From Candidatus Micrarchaeota archaeon (GTDB lineage: Archaea > Micrarchaeota > Micrarchaeia > Norongarragalinales > Norongarragalinaceae), in NCBI GenBank assembly GCA_037444485.1, contig JBBIMI010000023.1, positions 1 through 12,188 of the forward strand: DNA of 12,188 nucleotides, written 5' to 3'. Below the pieces are notes generated by a model. That model ran no database searches, was not told the DNA's origin, and worked only from the letters and a program-made list of their open reading frames with translations. Below, piece after piece: positions 1 through 6,693 of the stretch. The position numbers and the translations under genes were made by a program. The stretch's first letter is position 1, and every line of letters starts with the position of its first letter.

Positions 1-30
1 AACATCCGCGCCGCTAAGGAGGCATTATAA
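1..30 (+). CDS. Possible 3' end of an IS-encoded ORF (...NIRAAKEAL*), for example TnpB-like; partial
   Basis: Frame 1 reads NIRAAKEAL-TAA immediately before the hairpin. 'NI' could be the end of a TnpB NAAxNI motif, but only 9 residues are visible. Confidence 0.25.
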   Translation, partial: NIRAAKEAL

Positions 31-45
31 TCGCAAAGAATTTAG

Positions 46-87
46 GGCTAATTCATCCCACGACTGAACTCGTGGGATTTCTCAGCC
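46..87. mobile_element. IS200/IS605-family subterminal hairpin (one end of an element that probably extends off the left edge)
   Basis: Perfect 9-bp stem ATCCCACGA (55-63)/TCGTGGGAT (70-78) with loop CTGAAC, extended by GGCT (46-49)/AGCC (84-87). The context AATTCATCCCACGACTGAAnTCGTGGGnTTTCT resembles the end hairpins recognised by Y1 (TnpA) transposases. Confidence 0.65.
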
Positions 88-180
88 AAACGCATTAAAG
101 ACGGCGACTTCGTCGAGGTTGACGCTGAACGGGGAGCAGTAAAGATTTTGAAAAAAAGAGGTGATTTTAAAGTTGATTAG
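85..180 (+). pseudogene. Orphan C-terminal fragment of a swivelling beta/beta/alpha-domain protein (PEP-utilising mobile domain or aconitase-X swivel type), interrupted by the IS
   Basis: Frame 1 reads AKRIKDGDFVEVDAERGAVKILKKRGDFKVD*. IKDGDxVEVDAxxGxV is the typical end of these domains. There is no start codon between the in-frame stop at 49-51 and this motif. Confidence 0.6.
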
Positions 181-1003
181 GAAACCGACGGTTTGCTTGA
201 GTTTCGATTTCGACGCGTTTTCGACTTGGATTGGATTGTTTAAACAAACTACGCCTACGCTGCTTTCCAGAGGCGAGTTCGGCGCCAGAATCGGGGTTCC
301 AAGGATTTTAAAGCTTTTAGACGATTACGACGTTAAAGCAACTTTCTTCATTCCAGGCCACACTATAGACTCTTTTCCACAATTATGCAAGAAAATTCAC
401 GATTCAGGGCATGAAATAGGCCACCATGGTTACTGCCACGAACCGCCAACAGAATTCAAAACAATTGCTGAAGAACGCAGAATCTTAGAAAAAGGAATTA
501 AAGCAATAAAGCGAATAACCGGAAAACCTCCATTCGGGTACAGGTCTCCAATTTGGGATTATAGCCCGAATACTCTCGACTTGCTTTTGGAAAAAGGGTT
601 TGTTTACGACAGCAGCATGATGGCTGACGATTACAACCCGTACAAGTTAAGGAAAGGCGACGTCTTTTCAGTTGAAACGCCTTACAAGTTCGGATTTGAA
701 ACAGATTTGATTGAATTGCCGGTCGCGTGGAGCCAGTGCGATTACCCTCACTTCGAATTCAACTTTTCACCTTACTTCGCCGGCTTGTCCGCCCCCTCTA
801 AAGTGCTGGAAATTTGGGAAGCGGATTTAGATTTCATGCTGGAAAACAATCCGCGAGGCGTTTACACGCTAACGATGCATCCGCAAGTAATCGGCAGAGG
901 ACACCGCATGAAGATGCTTGAACAATTCATTAAGCAAGCAAGAAAAAAAGGCGTGCGGTTTCTAAAATGCGTTGACGCAGTGCTCGAGTGGAAGAAAAAA
1001 TAG
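173..1003 (+). CDS. Polysaccharide deacetylase family protein (CE4, PuuE/HP0310-like)
   Basis: Motifs SFDFDA, RGEFGARIGVPRIL, ATFFIPG, HEIGHHGYCH, GYRSP, YDSS and LTMHPQVIGR. I prefer the TTG start at 173, 8 nt after GAGGTGA (158-164), over the ORF-track GTG at 161, which lies inside that RBS. Confidence 0.9.
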   Translation: MIRKPTVCLSFDFDAFSTWIGLFKQTTPTLLSRGEFGARIGVPRILKLLDDYDVKATFFIPGHTIDSFPQLCKKIHDSGHEIGHHGYCHEPPTEFKTIAEERRILEKGIKAIKRITGKPPFGYRSPIWDYSPNTLDLLLEKGFVYDSSMMADDYNPYKLRKGDVFSVETPYKFGFETDLIELPVAWSQCDYPHFEFNFSPYFAGLSAPSKVLEIWEADLDFMLENNPRGVYTLTMHPQVIGRGHRMKMLEQFIKQARKKGVRFLKCVDAVLEWKKK

Positions 1004-1099
1004 TAAGCGCGGCAGTGCGAACCAATTTACACCCAATTTTTATACGAGTTTTTATAGAGTTTTATAAAAGTTTCATAAAACTTTTTTCGGCTGAAAAAA

Positions 1100-1682
1100 G
1101 TGTTTGTAGACAAGTGGCGAGTTCTCGTCACTGCAGCGATTGTTCTCGCGGTTTACTTTCTAGACTCGGCGTTGTTTTCTGAAGCGATTTACGCCGCTTT
1201 TTGGCTCTTAATCTCGTTTTTCTTCGCCGGTTTTCTCACTAAAATCGTTCGCCGCTACGCTGTAAAACGTTTGATTGCTTTCGATTTTAGCGGGGTTCTC
1301 GCGACTGGAAACCCTTTGCTTGAAGACTTGAAGGAAGACCAGAAAATGTTTGATTTAGTAAAGCGTTTGAGGAAAAAATACCGCGTCGCGTTATGGAGTG
1401 ACGTGGCTTTTGCAGCGATAGATTACTTGGAAAAACGTTATAAAATCAAAGAAAGGTTTGATTGCGTCGTATACCCGAAAATGGTTAAAACAAAAAAAAG
1501 CAGACAAGGCTTTCTTTGAAGGCGCGCTGCAGGCTTGCGGGGTTGACGCTAAAAACGTGTTTTTCGTGGACGACGATGAAAACAACGTGAAAACCGCGAG
1601 AAGCGTGGGAATCAACGCGATTCACTTCAAGTCATACGAACAACTAGTAAAAGCTTTAAGAGAATACGGGGTAAGCGTTTAA
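1100..1682 (+). pseudogene. HAD-superfamily hydrolase with N-terminal transmembrane helices, frameshifted at an A8 run (1492-1499)
   Basis: ORF 1100-1519 carries two hydrophobic segments, motif I (IAFDFSGVL) and motif II (ALWSD). ORF 1458-1682 carries the motif III/IV region (KKADKAFF...FFVDDDENNVKTARSVGINAIHF). Removing one A joins them as ...VKTKKADKAFFE... This could be a homopolymer sequencing error. Confidence 0.8.
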
Positions 1683-1750
1683 AAAACAAAAAGAAACTAA
1701 AAAAGTTAAGCGTTGAAAAGTAAAGCATTAAAAAAAGCGTTTAAAAAGTG

Positions 1751-1811
1751 TTTAAACAGAGGAAATTGTTTAAATTTAAACAGAGGAAAGGAATTGTTTA
1801 AACAGAGGAAA
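1751..1811. repeat. Three direct copies of TTTAAACAGAGGAAA
   Basis: Exact 15-mers at 1751-1765, 1775-1789 and 1797-1811, upstream of the histidine phosphatase gene. Confidence 0.9.
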
Positions 1812-1832
1812 TTAAGTGACGGAGGGGATTAA

Positions 1833-2672
1833 GTGGGAGTAACACTTTACTTCATTCGCCACGGCGAGAAACAAAAAGCTGAAAAGCCAGACGAACTGCT
1901 TGAATTGACTGAAAAAGGCAGGCTTCAAGCAGTCAAGCTTGGAAAACAAATTCGTCCCAATCCTAACGTTGCAATCGCATTCGGAAGCCCGAGAAAAAGA
2001 ACTCAAGAAACCGCTGCCTGCGTGATGCTCGCGCGCGACATAGACCCGAATGCGAGTTTGAAAGACATCGAAGAAAAGATTGCGGAACAAGTGAAAGTCG
2101 GCAAGAAAATCTTTGTCGACAAGCGGCTGGACTTCAACTTAGGCAAGTTCGAAGCTGCATCAATTAAAGCAATAATAGATGAAGGCAGGTTAATTCCGTA
2201 CTGGGTTGAAGAAAGCGACGAGCTCGCCCTAAATAAAAACGATGTTGAAGCCACTACTTACACGAGGCAAGCCGGCAACATTGCGGAAATAATCAAGAAA
2301 TACGTTAAAGTCGCCAAACAATTCCACAAAATAATTGCAGAACCCGAAAAACGCGACAAGTACGGCAACAAACTAGAGAGGTACCTCGGAACACATTTAG
2401 GAATCGTAGAAAGTTTCGTGGCGAAAATCATTGAAAAAACGCGCGGCCGGCAGGAAGCCGTCAAGTTCGCGGGAACAATTCCCAAAGGATTCGGCGAAAC
2501 CAAAGGAATGCGCGTGAACATCAAGCCGGACGAAAAAACAAATATAGCGAAAATCGGTATAGAGTACGAAGTTAACGGCGTGAAGCACGGCATCGAGTTC
2601 GACGAAAAACTCTTGGACGAAATCATTAACGAAAGAAATAAATTTGAAGAAAAGTTTAAGCAAAAAGCTTGA
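1833..2672 (+). CDS. Histidine phosphatase (phosphoglycerate mutase-like) family protein
   Basis: N-terminal LYFIRHG motif, SPRKRTQETA, and a second catalytic His in YLGTHLG. GGAGGGG RBS at 1821-1827 before the GTG start. Confidence 0.85.
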   Translation: MGVTLYFIRHGEKQKAEKPDELLELTEKGRLQAVKLGKQIRPNPNVAIAFGSPRKRTQETAACVMLARDIDPNASLKDIEEKIAEQVKVGKKIFVDKRLDFNLGKFEAASIKAIIDEGRLIPYWVEESDELALNKNDVEATTYTRQAGNIAEIIKKYVKVAKQFHKIIAEPEKRDKYGNKLERYLGTHLGIVESFVAKIIEKTRGRQEAVKFAGTIPKGFGETKGMRVNIKPDEKTNIAKIGIEYEVNGVKHGIEFDEKLLDEIINERNKFEEKFKQKA

Positions 2673-2692
2673 AAAAAAAGAAAACTCTTTTT

Positions 2693-3268
2693 TTAATCCG
2701 TGCTTGCTACGCGCTTTGCTCGCCATTGTTTTTTAGTACCCTTGTTTTTTAATCTCTTTACGGGCACTCCGCCGTAAAACGAGTTTGGTGGAACGTCTTT
2801 GTTTACAAGACTCATCGAACTCACAACCGCGTTGTCTCCGACGACCACTCCCGGCAGAATAATGCAGTTTGCTCCAATCAACACATTCTTCCCGATTTTG
2901 ACGGGGCCTTTCCTCCACTCCTTTTGCAGGAATTCATGCGTCAAAAGCGTCGTGTTGTAGCCAATCGTAGTATTCTCGCCTATCTCGATGAGTTCCGGAA
3001 AGAAAAAGTCGAGCAAAACACCTAACGCGAGCGAAGCTCCGCGCCCGATGCGCGCTCCAAGCGCGCGGTAGAAAAAGTTTTTCATGTGCAGTGAAGGCGC
3101 GAAGCGCATTGCATAAACGACGATGAAGTTGACGAGCAAGCGCAGCGGATTGCGCGTCTTATGCCAGTCCTGCAACGCGTTTCCCTCACGCGTTGGAAAA
3201 CACTGCAAGCGTTTTACGCGATCCACTTTCCACCAACTTTGCGAACACACTCGTTTTTTTGTTGCCAT
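2693..3268 (-). CDS. Hexapeptide-repeat (LbH) O-acetyltransferase, YvoF-like
   Basis: LbH repeats IEIGENTTIGYNTTLLTHE, VKIGKNVLIGANCIILPGVVVGDNAVV and VNKDVPPNSFYGGVP. The N-terminal NFIVVYAMRFAPSLHMKNFFYR resembles Bacillus YvoF as I recall it. The true start may lie a few codons downstream. Confidence 0.85.
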   Translation of the reverse strand: MATKKRVCSQSWWKVDRVKRLQCFPTREGNALQDWHKTRNPLRLLVNFIVVYAMRFAPSLHMKNFFYRALGARIGRGASLALGVLLDFFFPELIEIGENTTIGYNTTLLTHEFLQKEWRKGPVKIGKNVLIGANCIILPGVVVGDNAVVSSMSLVNKDVPPNSFYGGVPVKRLKNKGTKKQWRAKRVASTD

Positions 3269-3277
3269 TAAACTTTT

Positions 3278-3634
3278 TTATTTTATTTTTGCGCCGTTGC
3301 GTAAGAGAAACTCGCGCAGTTCAGCTTCCTGCGTCAAGCCAACTTTTCGTTCGCCTTTACCGTTTCCTGCTATGAATGTTGGGGTGCCTTCAACGCCGTA
3401 CTGCGAATAGTAATTCGGGTTTGCTTTCACATCCATCACGCGAACGCGAAAGCCTTCTTCCGCGAGCTTGTTCAAAATAGGTTCTTGTTGTTGACAGTAA
3501 TGACAGTCAACGCGCCAAAAATAGTATACTGGCGACGCGTCGTCAGAGTACGCTTTTTTCCCTGACGAGAAGAAAGCGCCTGCCACGATTGCTATAATGA
3601 TGAAACCAATCAACAACAACTGCCAATTTTTCAT
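3278..3634 (-). CDS. Membrane-anchored thioredoxin-family protein
   Basis: N-terminal hydrophobic anchor, YFWRVDCHYC active site, cis-Pro loop YGVEGTPTF. RBS GAGGTGGTG precedes the ATG. Confidence 0.9.
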   Translation of the reverse strand: MKNWQLLLIGFIIIAIVAGAFFSSGKKAYSDDASPVYYFWRVDCHYCQQQEPILNKLAEEGFRVRVMDVKANPNYYSQYGVEGTPTFIAGNGKGERKVGLTQEAELREFLLRNGAKIK

Positions 3635-3806
3635 GGCACCACCTCGATTGCGTCAACCATCTCGACTACATTAACTAAATTAACTAAAACAAAACTTTTT
3701 TTAAACAAAAAATTTTTAAAACAAAAAATTTTTTAATAAATGCCTTCCAACATGCCTGCTTAATAAATTTTTTTCATTCCGCCAACTTCGCTTTACTTCG
3801 CTAGCT

Positions 3807-4733
3807 TTACTCACTCACTGGCAAACAGATTTGCGGTTCTTGCTGTTCCCCAGCCGAGCTCGCGTTACTTTTTAATGCTGCTTCCAACCGCGCCAGTGAA
3901 GGCGGACCAACTATGCTCGCGTTGTTCACGAAGAAAGTTGGTGTGCCGTAAACGCCTGAAGCCAGCCCTTCGCGAATGCTTTCCTCTACGACGCCCTCAT
4001 ATTTTCGCGAGTCGAGGCACGCGTCGAAACGCGCGGAGTCCAAACCAACGTCGCGAGCAAGTCGCTTTAACACAGCTGGCTCTAAGTGTTCTTCAGCAAA
4101 CAACGCGTTTTTGTACTCCCAAAACTTGTCTTGCTCGCGCGCGCACTCGGCTGCAAGCGCGCTTTCCATGCTCCAAGCATGTTTTGTAATCGGAAAGTAT
4201 TTGAACGCGAACCGCACGCTGTCGCCGTGTTTGGCGAGAAACTCGCGCACGACGGGTTCAGCTTGCCGCGTGTAAGGGCACGTGAAGCAACCGAATTCGA
4301 TTACCGTCGCATTCGCATCAAGCGGACCGAGCACGGGACTGTCTCCGACTAGCGGTGCGGAGAGCGGCAAGCGTTTTTCACTGAAAACGTCGAGGAGGCA
4401 AAGTCCAGTCGCCTGCGGGCCGTTACAGTTTCCAAACGCAAAAAAATTGTATAACGAAAAAAGCGAGTAACCTAAACTCGCGAAAAACAAAATCGTGAAA
4501 ACCCACGACAACGCTTCAAAATGAGTGTTCACGAAACGCGCGGCACGCGGCACGCGCAGCATGGTTTTCGCCACGATTTTCGCTTTCAGCCGCTCTTCAA
4601 GACTTGACTCGCATGGGCGGAGAGTCACGCGGCGCGCGACGCAGGAAAATGCTTCCCGCGCGAGCGCGCGGTAGCGCGCGCTGAACAAGCCGAGAAACGC
4701 GAAGGCGACGAGTGCGACGATGCATAAAACCAT
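3807..4733 (-). CDS. DsbA/BdbD-like thioredoxin-fold protein fused to a Cys-containing N-terminal membrane domain
   Basis: C-terminal domain: PVLGPLDANATVIEFGCFTCPYT, FAFKYFPI, AALAAECAREQDKFWEY, GVYGTPTFFVN. The N-terminal ~115 aa have two hydrophobic segments and five Cys. Confidence 0.85.
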   Translation of the reverse strand: MVLCIVALVAFAFLGLFSARYRALAREAFSCVARRVTLRPCESSLEERLKAKIVAKTMLRVPRAARFVNTHFEALSWVFTILFFASLGYSLFSLYNFFAFGNCNGPQATGLCLLDVFSEKRLPLSAPLVGDSPVLGPLDANATVIEFGCFTCPYTRQAEPVVREFLAKHGDSVRFAFKYFPITKHAWSMESALAAECAREQDKFWEYKNALFAEEHLEPAVLKRLARDVGLDSARFDACLDSRKYEGVVEESIREGLASGVYGTPTFFVNNASIVGPPSLARLEAALKSNASSAGEQQEPQICLPVSE

Positions 4734-4757
4734 TTCGTTTCACTTAATTTGATTGTT

Positions 4758-4817
4758 TCGATTCGCTTTAACTGTTCGCTTTCGTTTTCCTCGATTCGCT
4801 TTAACTGTTCGCTTTCG
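4758..4817. repeat. 27-bp direct repeat, two copies
   Basis: TCGATTCGCTTTAACTGTTCGCTTTCG at 4758-4784 and 4791-4817, followed by degenerate TTTCGC units. Confidence 0.9.
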
Positions 4818-4867
4818 CTTTTCGCTTTAACGTTTCGCCTTAATTCGTTTCGTGTTTGTTTTTGCGA

Positions 4868-6070
4868 TTATTTTTTCGCGAGTTTGCTTATTTTTTCAAG
4901 CGCTTCTCGGAACGCGTTGATTTCTTCGAGCGTATTGTAAGCGTGAAGCGAAACGCGCACAGTGCCGTCGACGCCTAGCGCGCGCGTTAACGGGAGACAA
5001 CAGTGGTGGCCGCTGCGCACGCAGATTTTCTTGAGTTCGTCAAGCATTACCGCGGTTTCGTGGTGTCCTAAGCCGTGGATGTTGAACGCGAATAAAGGCG
5101 AGCTTTTGTCGTGTTCATCGCGCGGCCCGTACCACTCTACGCCTAACGCTTCAAAATCGCGGAAAACTTTGAACAACTCGCGCGTTAAAAGCGCGTCGTG
5201 TTCCTCGATTGCGCGCAAGCCGATTCTGTTCAAGAAATCTAGTGCTGCGCCGAACGCAATCCAGCCCGCAATGTTGGGAGTGCCAGCTTCAAAGCGTTCG
5301 CGGTTAGAGAGAAAAGTGAAATCCCGCGCGCTCGCGTCACTAATCGTTCCACCACCAACAAAAACCGGGTTTAGTTTTACGTCTTCCCGGTGGTACAACA
5401 CGCCTGTTCCAGTGGGCGCGAAGCACTTGTGTCCGCTGAACGCCATGAAATCCACGCCGAGTTCCTTCAAGTTCACGGGATGGTGACCAACATATTGCGC
5501 TGCGTCAAGCAGCGCGAGCGCGCCTGCGTCGTGCGCCAGCCTCGCGATTTCTTTTATTGGCACGCGTGTGCCGAGAACGTTGCTGCACGCTGTGAATGCG
5601 ATTAACTTGGTTTTCTTGGTTAAAAGCGGTTCAAAGTCGCTGGCGGAAAATAATCCCTCGCGATTAGCTTGAACTACTTTCAGCTTGACGCCGCGCTCGC
5701 GTTGAAGGCGCACGAGCGGCAGCAAACAACTATGGTGTTCGACGCTTGTAGTTACGACTTCGTCGCCTTCGTGCCACTCGAGACCCATTACAGCAGCATT
5801 CAACGCTTCAGTTGCGTTGCGCACGTTCACAAACTCGTTTTCGCGCGCGTTAAAAAACTTTGCGAGCTTCGCGTAGACAACCTCGTATTCTTTTGAAGCG
5901 CGCAGCGTCAAGCGGTGCGCGCCCCTGTGAATGTTTGCGCGGTACTCGCGGTAAAACTCGAGTTCCTTGCGCAGCACGCTTTCTGGGGTGAGCGAGGAAG
6001 CCGCATTATCGAAATAAATTATTCCCGTCTTGAGGATTGAAAATTCTTCCCGAATCTTTTTCACGTTCAT
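4868..6070 (-). CDS. sufS: Cysteine desulfurase, group II (SufS/CsdA type), PLP-dependent aminotransferase class V
   Basis: YFDNAAS, ANIHRG, EHHS, DAAQ, FSGHK (PLP Lys), RFEAGTPN and the group-II catalytic motif RSGHHC. Confidence 0.9.
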   Translation of the reverse strand: MNVKKIREEFSILKTGIIYFDNAASSLTPESVLRKELEFYREYRANIHRGAHRLTLRASKEYEVVYAKLAKFFNARENEFVNVRNATEALNAAVMGLEWHEGDEVVTTSVEHHSCLLPLVRLQRERGVKLKVVQANREGLFSASDFEPLLTKKTKLIAFTACSNVLGTRVPIKEIARLAHDAGALALLDAAQYVGHHPVNLKELGVDFMAFSGHKCFAPTGTGVLYHREDVKLNPVFVGGGTISDASARDFTFLSNRERFEAGTPNIAGWIAFGAALDFLNRIGLRAIEEHDALLTRELFKVFRDFEALGVEWYGPRDEHDKSSPLFAFNIHGLGHHETAVMLDELKKICVRSGHHCCLPLTRALGVDGTVRVSLHAYNTLEEINAFREALEKISKLAKK

Positions 6071-6343
6071 TCCAGAACACTCTTCAAATCTTTATTCTAA
6101 AACAAATCTTTATTCCAAAACTCTTAACGCTTCAAAACATTATTCTGGATTCACTGAATTCAAAAACTTTTTTTCTAAAAAAAATTTAAAAATTTTTTTG
6201 AAAATAGAATTTTTTGAAAATCTTTTTTAAAATTTGGGTTTTTTGAATTTTTGAAAATTGAAATTTTTTTGAAAATCTTTTGCGTTTTCGCGCTTTTACG
6301 TTTTTCGCGCCTTCGGGCTTCGCTGTCTTCACGCTTCGCGTCT

Positions 6344-6685
6344 TCACGCCTTCATTAGCTTGAACACGGCGGGCTTTAATTTCTTTGCGAATGGTTTGCT
6401 CGCGCGCAGAGTCAAATGAATTACTCGCCCGCGTTTTGCTGAAGTAACGAGCGCGAGTTCAACGCGCGCATTCTGGTCGCTCACAACGCTTACTTCACTG
6501 AATGAAATCCCTAATTGCGTGAACAAGTTTTTTAACTCGTTCAAGTAAGGGCCACAGTGGCCGCAGTACTCGTTCTTGTAAATCGTGGCGGAAAACGAGA
6601 GCCCTCGAGTTAAGGAAGCAAAAGAAAAAAGGAAAAAAACGAAGGCGAGGAAAGCAAAATTTTTTTTTGGAAACATTTCAACCAT
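6344..6685 (-). CDS. Exported CGHC thioredoxin/glutaredoxin-like protein, apparently truncated or chimeric
   Basis: Signal or anchor sequence, then TIYKNEYCGHC, a helix and a strand. No cis-Pro motif follows, and the last ~35 aa are basic and not thioredoxin-like. Confidence 0.6.
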   Translation of the reverse strand: MVEMFPKKNFAFLAFVFFLFSFASLTRGLSFSATIYKNEYCGHCGPYLNELKNLFTQLGISFSEVSVVSDQNARVELALVTSAKRGRVIHLTLRASKPFAKKLKPAVFKLMKA

Positions 6686-6693
6686 TATTGTTT

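Noticed and set aside
1491..1500. Programmed -1 frameshift at A_AAA_AAG
   Set aside because: Joining the two HAD halves needs a +1 shift (loss of one A), not -1, and I see no clear downstream stimulatory structure.
1751..1811. Mini-CRISPR or iteron array
   Set aside because: The 15-bp units are separated by only 7-9 nt, no replication initiator is nearby, and the pattern matches local duplications in other spacers.
4749..4940. 63-aa ORF with repeated SIRFNCSLS
   Set aside because: It is the translation of the 27-bp intergenic duplication and overlaps the sufS 3' end in antisense.
6030..6230. 66-aa Phe/Lys/Asn-rich ORF
   Set aside because: It is low-complexity AT-rich spacer sequence, antisense to the sufS start.
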